Shown piece by piece: positions 13,537 through 25,995 of a stretch of 64,000 nt of DNA (the stretch's first letter is position 1; each line of letters starts with the position of its first letter). The stretch comes from Vermamoeba vermiformis (lineage: Eukaryota), in the NCBI GenBank assembly GCA_045837725.1, contig JBEWZL010000178.1, positions 1 through 64,000 of the forward strand, given 5' to 3'. Below the pieces are notes generated by a model. The model ran no database searches, was not told the DNA's origin, and worked only from the letters and a program-made list of their open reading frames with translations. A program made the position numbers and the translations under genes.

Positions 13537-15292
13537 TGTGATATATGTTTGGTTATGTTATTATGTTGCTTCGAATATTAAGAAATGCGGAACGCCAGGA
13601 CAATTTTATTTGGTGTTCAAAAGCCCGCCAAAATGTTAATTGAATTGTTAACTACTATTCTGAAGAACATGGAGAGATTTATGTATTTATATATCGGAGG
13701 TAAGAAAATTAATACTAAAGAAAGCTGAAATATTTGTTGGGACGCAGATTTGATCGACGTTGTGCTTCTCGGTTAATTTTTGACCATAATTATCGTTGTT
13801 TAGCAAATATATTCATACCTACTAAATATATAAAGTGAACTGAAACATCAAACGCGACAACTGCAAGATCCAACGGAATTTTAAATTTAATTTTTTTACT
13901 CGCTTATCACAAACTCGTGTTCTTGAACAATGATTTGTTCGTAAAAATCCACAATTGTGCGCATAATTATTATTAGTATCATAAAGATTTTCGGTCTGCT
14001 AGTCGCATAAAATTTATTCAGGAATGATACGCCTGTCACGTAAACGAAATGCGCCACCAAATCCACGACAGGCGGTGACAAATTGTTGGAAATACATGAT
14101 ACAAGTTGGAGTTTTAATTATGTCCTGATGTCGGTTAAATTAAAGTTAGGTTTCGACGAAACCAAAAGAGATCGTTCTTTGCAACTCCGCGAATTGTGAT
14201 TCGGGTTAATTAATGCTCGTAGAAGAGCCAAAACACACCCTCAACATGGAATATAACCTAATATAACTAAAATATGCAAGATGACCGCTAAACTAGAGTT
14301 GGGGTTTGTTTTGGTTTGCGGATTTATTCCTGCCGCCATTTGCGTCACAGAAAAGCACTAAAATCGCTTAATACATCATATTTAAGGCATATATTTAAAC
14401 AATCTACGAAAGATTAACGTGCGAAAAGATATTGCACAGAAATCAAGCGCAATTAATCAAAATAGATTCTTAACGCAACGTCCGGGCCCAATATCTTGAA
14501 ATTACATCATTTCGGCTGTAATATATTATATATGTGCTATAAAATATGATTTCTGAGCTAATGGTAATTTGCCGACGAGAAAAGGGGCTCGTAGATCCAA
14601 AGATTTTGTGATACGACTCTTTTCGTACGAACAGTCCACTTACGATCCCTAAAGTTAAATCTAGGAATAAGAAGATATCCATATTTAATACAATCATACG
14701 ATATAGATCCTAAACTGCTAGTAGATTTGCTAAATTTAGGACTTTACAAACGGTGGATCCACCTGATCAGGTCCCGTTCAAAACTTTTGCGGATTAGATC
14801 GGTCCTATCGCTGGTCATATAGTAGCGATATTAGTGCGCACTATAAACGACCTGGATCCGTTCTTAAGATATTCACTGATCCGTGAAAACTCGAGCGATT
14901 TCTGCTGTGCAAATTGTGTGTGACTGAGTATAATATTATTTCACGGATAACCGCCGTATTTGTGTTAAACGAAGCTCGAAAGTTTGAAACGAGTGCTAGA
15001 TCTCCGACAAGCACAACGGTAAAGTTTACAAAAAGTGAACAAGGCATAAAATATCATCGTAGATCTCGGTTGAGCTTCGCGATTATTGGCTCGTCATTAG
15101 GCTGTCACAAGATACGATAACATAAATAATGTTCGCTTGCTTCGTTTCATTTCATTCTTTTGTAAGCTGCAAAACAAGCAACAATCCCACATCCACAGAA
15201 GAACTCGATTTTTATTCTGTTTAACGTAAGTCTTTTAGTCCCCTTATAACACCATTAGCACAGTAGTTAATTTAGTGATATTCTTTTAGAAA

Positions 15293-15982
15293 ATGATGAA
15301 GGCTGTTGTCGCTATTGCTTTTCTTTTGGCTGTCGTATCCGCTCAACAATTTTGCGTCGAACTCACTCAAGACGACACCACTTGCACAGGTTTGAGAGCT
15401 AACTGGCCTGCCAAGGTTTGTGCTATCGCTGATGTCCCCGTCTCATCCGCTACCGTCTGCGACTCTCAGACTGGCGTTGAGAATTGGATCGCCGCATGCC
15501 CCCTCAAGAACGTTGACAACACTTCTTTCTGCGACGGAACTGGCTACTCCTTCCCTTACGTCAACAACACTTTCTGCAACTCCTTCATGCGTGCTTGCAA
15601 TACCACTGATGACTGCAACGTTGTTGTGCCTGTCACTCCCACCGCTGAGCCCACTCCTATCGTGTTGTTGTGCTACGAGTGCTGCTTGTTCTGCTTCGAC
15701 GACGCTGCTTGCGCCGCCAAGGTTGAAGCTGGTACTACTTACACCAACAGCACCACTTGCACTCCCTGCACCACTGTCACCCCTGTTGCTGAACCTGTCG
15801 CCGAACCCGTTGCCGAGCCTGTTGATGTTCCTCAAGAGCCCGTCGCTGAGGTCCCTCAAGACAACCAACCCACCACCACCACTCAACCTTCCACCACTCG
15901 CCCTATTTCCCGAACTCCCAACAGCGCTGCTTCCGTCGCTGCTTCTGCCACTTTGATCGTCGCTGCTGCCCTTTTGGCTTAA
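15293..15982 (+). CDS. Secreted Cys-rich, Pro/Thr-rich, probably GPI-anchored surface protein
   Basis: Signal peptide, Cys-rich domain, (EPVA) repeats, hydrophobic C-terminus SAASVAASATLIVAAALLA; strongly biased codon usage; probable 5'UTR intron ~15226-15289. Confidence 0.85.
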   Translation: MMKAVVAIAFLLAVVSAQQFCVELTQDDTTCTGLRANWPAKVCAIADVPVSSATVCDSQTGVENWIAACPLKNVDNTSFCDGTGYSFPYVNNTFCNSFMRACNTTDDCNVVVPVTPTAEPTPIVLLCYECCLFCFDDAACAAKVEAGTTYTNSTTCTPCTTVTPVAEPVAEPVAEPVDVPQEPVAEVPQDNQPTTTTQPSTTRPISRTPNSAASVAASATLIVAAALLA

Positions 15983-16453
15983 GTGCGATCACTGTTGCTC
16001 TTCCCTAAGTTATCCTATCGAAATAAAAATAAGAATTATTTAGCGGAAACTGTTCAAAGTTGTGATCCGGATCTTGACAGCAATCAATTTCTGTTGCAGT
16101 TCTTCCGCTCACAGATTTCAAAAATGATGCGATTGTGTGGTGTTGAGACTACGCAAGGTTCAATCAACAAATATGCCGGTTTGGCGACTTGAAAACACCG
16201 CCTAAGTGGTTCGAGGAACACAAAATCAGGATCGACAATTTGTGCACAATATTTCTGAAAGTGGTTTTTATTGATTAGATACGAAATTGGTGCATAATTT
16301 AAAACTCATCAGTGTCGTAGATAAAAGATTCGTCTAAGCAGCGGACTCCAGTTCCGTGGTGCACTTTCGAAAAACAAGACTATTTACAAATTACGTAGCT
16401 AAATTACAAGGGTAACAATACATAGACTATTAACAAGTGCGATGTAACGCAGA

Positions 16454-18893
16454 TTATAGCATGTTGATGTCCCAGATCTTAATCTGACCGCCAACAGCAG
16501 CGGTAACGAGTTGATTGTCCACCACTAAGATAGAGCTGACTGCCTTATTATGTGCTTGGAAAGTCTTAACGGATCCGTCGTTCAATCCCCATCGACGCAC
16601 TATGCCATCGGAACCACCTCCGTACAACGCCGAATTCACTGAAAATAAACACGTTATGTGAATTGGAGCAGGTGTGGGCAAATTAATGTTCGGTGTGCTT
16701 GGCGGTGAGGCAGTAGGCGATGAAAATCCGTTTGTTATGCTGATCTGGCCAGAAGAGCTCAGCGAATTGAACAACGGCAAGGATTGAATCGAGACGTTAG
16801 TGGATGTGGACCATAGTCGCACTGTGCCATCGAGACCAGCTGAGCATAGTGCTGTGCCTGTATGAGCAATCGCTGTGATGCCTGGAGCGTGTGCTGCGAC
16901 TTCTGACAAACAGTGCGCATCCGCCCAACGCCAGTGTTTAATACGACCATCAGCGGCTATATGATTGATAATGTCATTAATAAATCACGAATAATAATTG
17001 ATTTAGCATAGGAGTAAGCGAATATAAGAGATTGAGGCATGTTGCTGTCAGATCGCGCCAACTAACATTCTGCGAATGTTTCTTCGTCCCAATGCCAGCA
17101 AAGCCATATAAATAATTATTATAATAACATTTGCTAAACTTACCACCGCTATAAATAGTGCCTTCTTGCGCCGTCAAACAAGTGATCTGCGAGTTATGGT
17201 GGGCTACATAATCGACAATAGGCCGCGGAGTTACACCAGCGGAGGTATCTACGACGTGAATACCGCCATCTGAAGCACCAGTGACCAGCGTCGAGCCCAT
17301 AAATAACGAAGCAGTCATGGATGCTGGCCGAGGTCTGCGCAAGACTTTATGTTGCGTGCATAAGGCTATTAAGAAAGTAAAAAGAATTAGATGAGGTCTA
17401 TTTATAGTAATATAGAAATTTAAGGAACATTCGGTGCAGAAAAAATAAGGAAAGTTCCCTAAATGTTAGATCTTGCAATCAAACAAATCGATTGCGATGA
17501 AATATAGAAATATCGAGCCTCAATAACATATTATATAATTACCTCGCGTCATATCCCAAACTCGTACGACTTTATCATCTGCAACGCTGAGCATTGTGTT
17601 ACCAACGGATGTCATTGCTAAATTAAACGTCAATTTGATTCTGTGTCAGAAGTTATAATAAAAATATTACACTTACTAACTATCTTGCCCTTATGCGATG
17701 TTAAGAACTTCTTAAACGTTCCTGAGGGAAGATCCCACATCCCAATGTTGCCATCGAGAGCACCCGAGAATAAGTGGAGCGGAGTAGCATATAGCGATGT
17801 AATATCAGTAGTATGCGTATTTAACTCTTTTAGGAGTCCGCGTTGGGGTTGCGCTGGAAGAAAAGAGGAGCCTTTACGTCCCCAAGACCCAGATCTGCGG
17901 AATTAATTAGATAATGATGCAATGACAGTTATTGGAACAGTAGACATATCTCCTAATTTTTTTGTGCGATTTCCGACGCTACTTACGAAGTTGAAAGGGG
18001 ACTAGTGTGTCCCTCCAATAGGAATCCGCTCTTCTGAGGCGAGGTTGCAAGCGCCAAAGTATCTCTTGAAGGAGATCTACGAGCTCCTATAAGAGGTTCG
18101 CGTCCTCCTTCAATTGGAATCTCTGCACTGCGAGTTACCCCGACCATTCTCGGCGATCCATTTGAATTCGCTCTTTCGCTTCGTAAAATCTCAATTTCTC
18201 TTGCGTTCCGATCTTTTTCTTCTTTTAACTCGTTTTTAAGCTTCACTATTTCGAGTTCTTGGGTCATTACTTTGTATCGGAGATCGGCAACCAATTCTCG
18301 CAAGAGAGCGGGATTATCCGTCTGAACCAACGACAGACGAATAGAAAAGGCACATTGCTTATATTTAATGTTGTATTTGACGTTGATAGCGACTTCCAGA
18401 GGGCTCTATTGATACAAAATGTCAGTCGTGATTCTGCTCGTGGAAATTCAATTTGGATTATATCTCAATCTTTGCTATTACGCATTGCGCGTAATTATTA
18501 TGATCGTAAAATAAGAATAATAAGAATCTTATTATATTGAAATTACGCAATTAATTAATTTATGTTGAAGACAAAATGTTCGTTAACGGGACCGTAAATT
18601 GGGGCTATTATGGGTATTTTTGCAATTACCTTTTCCACGTCAAAGCTTAAGCTGCTATCCTTGTTCAATAAGCAATCTTCTACTAATTCAAACAGCTGCA
18701 GGCTGGAATCCAAAAATTGGTTCGTGATCGAGCTAACCAGGGAATCTTCGATAACTCTTGACCACTCATTCTTGTCTTCTTTAGCACTGAACTCTATTTT
18801 ATATGACGGATTGGAACTCGCGAGTTTTTGGGCTTCGATCAGCAGAACGCTCAATCTGACCCCATTTTTCTCTACTTCGCACGTCTTGTCCAT
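16454..18893 (-). CDS. CCDC61/XRCC4-SAS6-like head + coiled coil + WD40 repeat protein
   Basis: WD40 motifs (LFSGALDGNIGMWD, LCSAGLDGTVRLWS, VTAAVGGQIKIWD); coiled-coil exon 17983-18330; N-terminal exons resemble the CCDC61 head by eye. Confidence 0.75.
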
Positions 18894-19741
18894 TGTTAGG
18901 CCCGAGAAAATATGTTCCGAGAGTGCGACGTGTGCTAGTCGTGGTCGAATAGTTAAAAATCAATTCAGACGTGCTGTGATTTTGTTTTCATTCGTCGCAG
19001 TCCTGTCACTTGTCCCACCTGGTTGAGTGATCATTATCGGGGTCCGCTTATTTTCTGGATTGAAGATGGCTGTAGGGATATTAAGATATTAATGAAACTG
19101 GTCGGCTAATCCCGCGCGCTCTCGCACAAATATTATTTTCGATCTCGTGTTGGATTGGAGAATGCACCCAGCCCAAAAAATGAATGTTTAATAGAACCAT
19201 GTTTAATAAATTTCAAACATAATTGTCGAGTGCTTGTAGGCCTCGAAAGATGATTAAAACTGGCACGTGCACATCTAAAAAATATCTGTGGGAAACAAAT
19301 TGAAACAAAATAAACTAAAATGGTATAATACCTGTTCACAATTCCATAGGAAACACGCGGGCACCGAATCATGATTAATTAGGCCCTCCGAGTTGGCCCG
19401 CTGTGTGCTGCGACCGTTCGCTACAAAAGCGATAAAAAAAAGGATCAGTTTGGCACCGCTTTGTAATTCAAAAGTAATTCAATACGTTCCAGTTGGTGCT
19501 GCGAAATCATGGCTTAATATAGCACCAAAAACGGAGATTTGAAACGCGTGCAGCAATTCTCTAAGCGGATCATGTGTCAAAAGTTCGATCTCGAATGAAT
19601 AAATAACATTACGATTACAAGATATTATTATACATCAATAATTGCATTTAACGTGGGATTACAGAGCGGAAAGAACCGGATCGTGCACGTGGTTTCGTGT
19701 TCTGTGAACGCTGAAATCTCTCGTCTTGTCACTGCTTTTTT

Positions 19742-21571
19742 TTACGTTTCAAATGCTTGACAGCTGATATCAAATAGGTCATTGTTAGAATTAACTGATT
19801 CAATTTCAATGGTTATGGTTTGGATCTTACCTCCAAGTTCTTTCAAGTAATCTGCACAATCAGGATCTCCTGACTTCAGCTGATCATATGTTTCTTGGTC
19901 TATTGTGATAGGGTAGCCTACTTGCACCATGCACCTCAGCATCTCAAAACCAGTAACAGTAACTTCAACTCCATCCAGATCTGTCACCATCGTTAGGTGT
20001 GGATTACAGTTAAGTGTCATTATCACATACATCCATGTTCATAAGCATATTTGAAGCAGATTTCACTGGGAAAGTAGCAACCATTTGCAAGCTTATCTAA
20101 ACATAGCATTAGTGTCACTGGTGCAAATATAGATTTTGGTTTTTGACTGACATCTGTGCTTGAGCAAAAAAGCCATTGCAGGAAGTTTTTCAGTGGTGAA
20201 ATGCCAAGTCTGACCCACTTGAGCATATTTAGCTCCTTTTTGAATCGTCCATTCTAATTTTTCAACATCACCACTTTTTAATGCCATCAACAGTATCTCA
20301 TCAGTGAATTCAAATGGTTTATGATTGTAAATCAGTTTCCAGACATTCAGTGGACAGCCTTCCAATAAAGATTCAATGTACTCTCTCTTTGATTTTGGAT
20401 GCAAGTTTTTCTCTAGAACATATTTGATAACTTCAACATTTTTGCCGTACACAGCATGGCTGAAAAGATCAGGGCTGTGATCATCCTTGGGTTGCAATCC
20501 AAACTTCTGTTCTTCAATACACCACTTGAAAAATTCAAAATCTCCAGTTCCAGCTGCAATCAAGCCCAGGAAGTGAGGCTTGACAGTTTTAGTTGTCAAT
20601 AAATACTCTAAAATATCTCTTTCAGCTCTTCTTGTTGCTTCCACATAGACTTGTGGTGATAACTCTGCATCAGTCTGTTCAACTAGAAATTTCAACATTT
20701 GAACAGATTTGACAATTTTGATTGACTGCTCAAACTTAGCGCCATTCTCAAGCATGTACTTGAGGCACTCTAGACTGTCATAATAAACTGCAATTGGAAT
20801 ATCATGCTGTTGATTCCACAAAGCTCCATGACTGTGAGCCCATTTCAACATTTCCAAGTCTCCTATTTGCACTGCATTTTTGCATGCAACTTCTTTCCAA
20901 TTAGAAGAGTATTTGCTGTATATTTCTAATGCTTCAATGCTTTTGAACTCCAAGGAACCAGACCATCCAGGGATTGGCCATTTGTTTTTGAGTGCAAACT
21001 GCAAACATTCAATCCTATTGTTATTGACAGCATGCAATATCAGAGACTCGTGACATTTGAATCCATGCTTGTGCAGATATTTGACGATTTCTAAATGATT
21101 TTCAATGGCTGCAAGTGAAAGAATATCAAAATCTGCCTTGCTGCCCTTTCTCTTTTCTTCTTGATCAGGAGCACGTTCCTTGACACCGTTCTTGAGACAG
21201 TACTTTAGCATCTCTAATTTGCCGTGCTCTGCTGCGACGTGAGCTGTTTTTAGCTTCAATACGCAGTTGTTTGCTCGGAGAAATTTGAGCACGTCAATGT
21301 CATCTTTTTCAACCGCCAGTTCGGTGAGAGAAGACGGGAAAAACACGTTCAGGGACTTTAAGTATTCCAAGCACGATATACTGCCGAGCTCTATATAATA
21401 TTTAGTGCTATCGTAGTGATTGTGGACGAAGTACTTCGGAAACGGATGTTGCTTGGCGACGAAGCTGAAAAAAGACTTGCACGATGAGCGTAACATAATC
21501 AAGTCGAAGACGTGGCTAGTGCTGACTATCAGTTTCAACAGCTCGGCAGGGAGTAACGAGAAGGGACTCTC
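19742..21571 (-). CDS. F-box + ankyrin-like repeat protein (start codon upstream not resolved)
   Basis: ESPFSLLPAELLKLIV..LRSSCKSF F-box; repeats AAEHGKLEMLKYC, AAIENHLEIVKYLH, AVQIGDLEMLKWAH; two short 3' introns restore the frame to 19742. Confidence 0.85.
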
Positions 21572-22420
21572 CTGAGTTTTAGGCGATTAATTAAAATTGT
21601 TATTTGACACGTAAATTATCTTCGAAGATTCTCTTTAATATTAAATAATATTTATTTCGTTGATATTAAACGATTAATTGATGACTAATTTATTCAGGAA
21701 AGATTAAAAAATTATTAACAGAAACGATCTCAAGTTGGTTTTGCTATTTCGCTACGTACGGCATTAAATTGATTTACATCCCATTTAAAACGGTGTTTCG
21801 GATTATTATTTTCCATAATTATGCGTATGTGTTGTCATCTGATTGCACGCTGAAAAAATCTTGCAACAGCTGATTATGATTTATTTATCAATTTAGGCAA
21901 GGCCTCACACAACAAGGGGCGCTTCTCCTAAGAAGAAGTAGATCATTACCAGCTATTACAAGCTAATTGCGGCGGATCTATCCAACCTGGTTGAGTATTA
22001 TTATTCGTTCGAGTGAATTAATTTAACTTCGTCTCAATGAAGTCTACGAAGGTAATTATAATCAACATTCATTTTGCAATTACTCCGTTATTTTTGTAAA
22101 AATCGTTGAGCTATGATTGATTTAATAAAAGATTTTTTCGAAGCAGATGCAACTTCTCGGCAACAGCACGCACTAATTGCTCGTAATTCAGCCATCCAGA
22201 TTACTGATCTATAATGCGGTTTATAATCACTATTGGCACGCTAGGGTCGCTATTAGTTGCCCGATCAAATTCCCCACCCAGCGAGTTCTGCGTTGTTGTC
22301 TGGCGTTGTTTCTGGCGCTATTTCGCTTGCAGATATTTCGATAAGCTCTATTCTAAGATGCACGCTACGGCACTCGCCTTGAGTGGATGGTTCGTTCACG
22401 AAAACTAATGACAATTACAG

Positions 22421-22512
22421 CGGAATTGCACCACACTCTAATCTCGTGCAAACGTTCGGCGTGAGTCTTGAAGGACCCAATCCGTGCATTGTGCTCGAGT
22501 TCTGTGGCGGTG
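22421..22512 (+). pseudogene. Isolated exon relic of a TKL/tyrosine-kinase-like kinase (subdomains IV-V)
   Basis: After branch site ctaat and cag acceptor it reads GIAPHSNLVQTFGVSLEGPNPCIVLEFCGG; no intact donor at the expected place and no other kinase exons seen nearby. Confidence 0.65.
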
Positions 22513-22957
22513 CCGTAAAGGTAGCACGCGAACCTAGGAAATTATCTAACTAACGTGGCTTTATTTAGAAAAAAAAAGTAGTACGGAAAGACGGAGATCT
22601 AGAAACGCTGAGACGGTCCTCTTAGGCAGTGAAAGCGAACCTCGCTTATAATGGTAAGCGTGAGTATTGTATTAGAGATATCATTTTTTGGCGTTTTGTT
22701 TGAAAAGAGATTACTCTGCAATGCGTGACACGATGATTATGAAATTACTCGCAGCGCGCCGAATAATAGTAATTGTCATCTTATAGAGTATAACGCTTAT
22801 AATAGCATATACTATGAGTAAAGATTATAAACCGCCAATTACAAAGATAAAGATTTATTTTTTAACCAAATTTAGATCGAAGAATCTTTTCGAAAATGTT
22901 AAAAGCGCCAAAAAGCGCCTTGTAATAATCAATTTATTCTTATTTACGTCGTAGAAG

Positions 22958-25840
22958 ATGACTGCAATAGGCGATTTTGTAAAGTTAACGCTTCTAATAT
23001 TTTCTGTTTTGTACTTAGCGGATGCAGCTTCGAGAGAGCCTCCAGTACTCAACTGGATTCCTCGTTCGGATTGGATCAACGTAAAGACAGCATTTGGAGC
23101 GAAGGGAGATGGTTCAACGGACGACACAGCTGCCATCCAGAGTGCGCTCGACTCGCTTTCGGATACGGGCGACACTGCTGGCACTATTTACTTTCCACCT
23201 GGCACTTATAAAATAACCGACACATTGCGCATGGTCAATAAGCCCTTTTCTACGCTTGTCGGCCACGGAGGTACGAGTAAATTTAAATTTGACCCGATCC
23301 GTTAAAATTTATTTTTACAATCTGATGAAGAGCAATATTTTATACGGTAGATAGAGATTAATTTCCACTTTTATTAGTATGACGGATCTTTTAAGGTTAA
23401 ATTTGCGATTTTAACTATTTTTTGTTTAAACTTTACGGATGTACACGGTCAGGATCTTACTAATATCTTTCTAACTTTCAGGTGCGAGTATAATTGATTG
23501 GCAAGGCTCGTCTACTGCTTCAAACACGTGGATGTTCGAGAGCAATGGCAATCCTTTGGCCAGATTCGTCGGTTTGACTTTTGACGGCCACAAAAACGTT
23601 GATTATGGCTTTGTGCACTCTGCAAAGGTGAAATTCGAGAGTGGTATATTGCACGAATATAACACTTATCGAAATATTCGTGGCGATGGACTTCGTCTTG
23701 GCGGATCATTTCAAACTGACGCCAGCTCAGAAACGCAATTCAGGAACAACTTGTTTATCAATTGTAGAGCAGGCATACATATTCAAGACCCTAATTACTA
23801 TAATATGATCATTTCCGATAGCGATTTCTATGATAATGAAGTCGGCATTCGAATGATTTATTTTGCTTGCGGATCCATCCGTCGTTGTCACTTTGAGAAC
23901 AGTACCGTTACCGATCTAGATGTATGTTAAAATACTTAAATGTCATCGTTTAACATTTCTAATATACTATCTTATAGCTCGGCGAGCCTCAATTCACCGC
24001 GTCAGTTCGCATGTGCACATCTACCGGATCCAATATTTTCTTGACACACGACGCCAACAATCCTAAATATACTGTTCAAAACTGCTACGTAGAGAAGTGG
24101 AAGAATACAGAAGGAGCTATAGTAACTAAGTCAACTAAGCCGCTGCTGATCTTCGACAACACTTTTGCGAATCCACCGAACACGAATCCGCCCATCTACT
24201 TGAACCATCTTGATCAATATACTTATAGAGTCGATAAGATATTCTCTGGCAACTCTTATGAAGGCTCTACAGCGCTCTACAAGAACAACGCGGAGAAATT
24301 TCCGGTTTGGCCAGTCGATCGACCTGAACCAACAGACTACAAGCTCAATGCACCAGTGAGCTTCCGTACTATTAATGTGGCTACTGGCAGCAAGGTATTT
24401 GACGCCGTTCAAGATTTTGGAGCCAGATCTGGTGGCGATGATGGACCGAAGATCCAAGACTGCATTAACGCTGCAAAACAAGAAGGCAATGGCGCTGTTT
24501 GTTACTTGTCTAAAGGCAGCTTTCAAGTATCTACGACTATAGTAGTCGATGGATCCGATTATATCCTCGAAGGCGCTGGCTACATCACTCGCCTCAACTG
24601 GGCTGCATCCACCGCTGGAGATTTGCTTCGCGTCGAATCGCCGAACAACGTCGTTATAGCGCGCTTGTGGATCTATAAGAACGATGATGTTACTGGTACC
24701 ATTGCTATTCATCAAGTGCGCAAGCAAGGCGTTGCTTCTTCGAGCGTAGTGTACGATCGAATCTACGGAATTTTTGGATCTTACGAAGTGGATCCAGAAC
24801 CTCGCGATACTATGGTCCTTGATGGCCTTAGCACAGGCGATGCAGTCAACATTAAGCACTTGAACGGCATGCTTCGTATCAAGAGTTGCGGAAGAGCCCA
24901 CATCCACGTTGAATTTATGGATGGAAATCCACTCATCGTTGAAGGCGAAGAAGAGACTCGTGATGGCTTAATTACGGTGCTGTCAATGAACGGCATGAAC
25001 GTCCAAGTCTACGATAATCAGAATTTAATTATGGGCGACTACTATTACGAGCAATCCGGAGGCAATTGGGGCAAGTACCCTAATATTAATGCGCTGCTAG
25101 TGAAAGGCAATCCTAATAGTACGCCTGGGCGCGTGGTGGTTCAAGGCGCTAAATGCATGCTCTACGACAATAATATTCTAGGAACTATTCAAAATTATCG
25201 AGGATTATTTTCCTACGTACTCTGCAACGTGGAACTCGATAATAACGCGTTCACTGAACGAAAAGTAGTGCAATCTGGCGACAACCCACTCGACGTATTG
25301 TACCTCTCGATACTCTCAGATCAACCGTTCAACTTCTATCCATCCGGATCTGCGGTCAATTTCTACTTCTATCCCAACACTAGCGCTCTTATAGGCGATA
25401 CGGATTCATTAAGCAATGCCAAGCCATTAGTCGTACAAACACTGGACGCTTTTACCGACATGGGTCGACAAGATCTCGGATTCAACTCGCCCAACAATGC
25501 TGCTCCTGGTTCAATTAGTACGTACTCGTAATATATATATATATAATAGAATCATCGATCAATAATTATTGCAGATATCACATAATTATGAATTTTTTTT
25601 GTCGCGTACTGACTTTTCAATTTCAGGTCCTTATGGCTCCTCGTTCAATCCTAGTGCCTATTCATATCCACCTGGTGCCTATAATCCTGATGGTATGTTA
25701 TGATTACAATAGGGTAACCTGGTACTCTTACTAACTCATTCATTCCAGGAACAAAACGACCGACTACTAGCAACGCAAATTCATTCGAGCTATTTAACTT
25801 GGTGTTATTTGTACTTGTACTGGCAAGTTTGTTAAATTAA
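22958..25840 (+). CDS. Secreted, probably GPI-anchored beta-helix glycanase (two Pectate_lyase_3/GH55-like modules)
   Basis: Signal peptide; INVKTAFGAKGDGSTDDTAAIQSAL..IYFPPGTYKIT; second VFDAVQDFGA..DDGPKIQDCINAA..YLSKGSF; spliced C-terminus TSNANSFELFNLVLFVLVLASLLN*. Confidence 0.85.
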
Positions 25841-25995
25841 ACTAGAAAGACCCTTTGGTTTTGTTACATTTATTGTACTAGTCCACCCGTTGACAGCTAC
25901 ACGAAGTCGATTTTATATTGCGATACTAGTGTTTTGCGTTAGAAAACCGAAAAGACTGTGTTCTCGGTAAATTATCGATAATCTCGACCGGGAGA

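Noticed and set aside
16190-16225. GGTTCGA T-loop-like words (also near 28712 and 61086)
   Set aside because: No cloverleaf stems around them, so they are not tRNAs
20023-20226. Apparent frameshifts at the 3' end of the ankyrin gene
   Set aside because: Two short GT-AG introns with branch sites restore a continuous frame, so it is not a pseudogene
24131-24907. 258-aa antisense ORF (likewise 15443-15886, 37410-37856 and 18610-19026)
   Set aside because: Antisense shadows of well-supported coding exons, with no recognisable motifs
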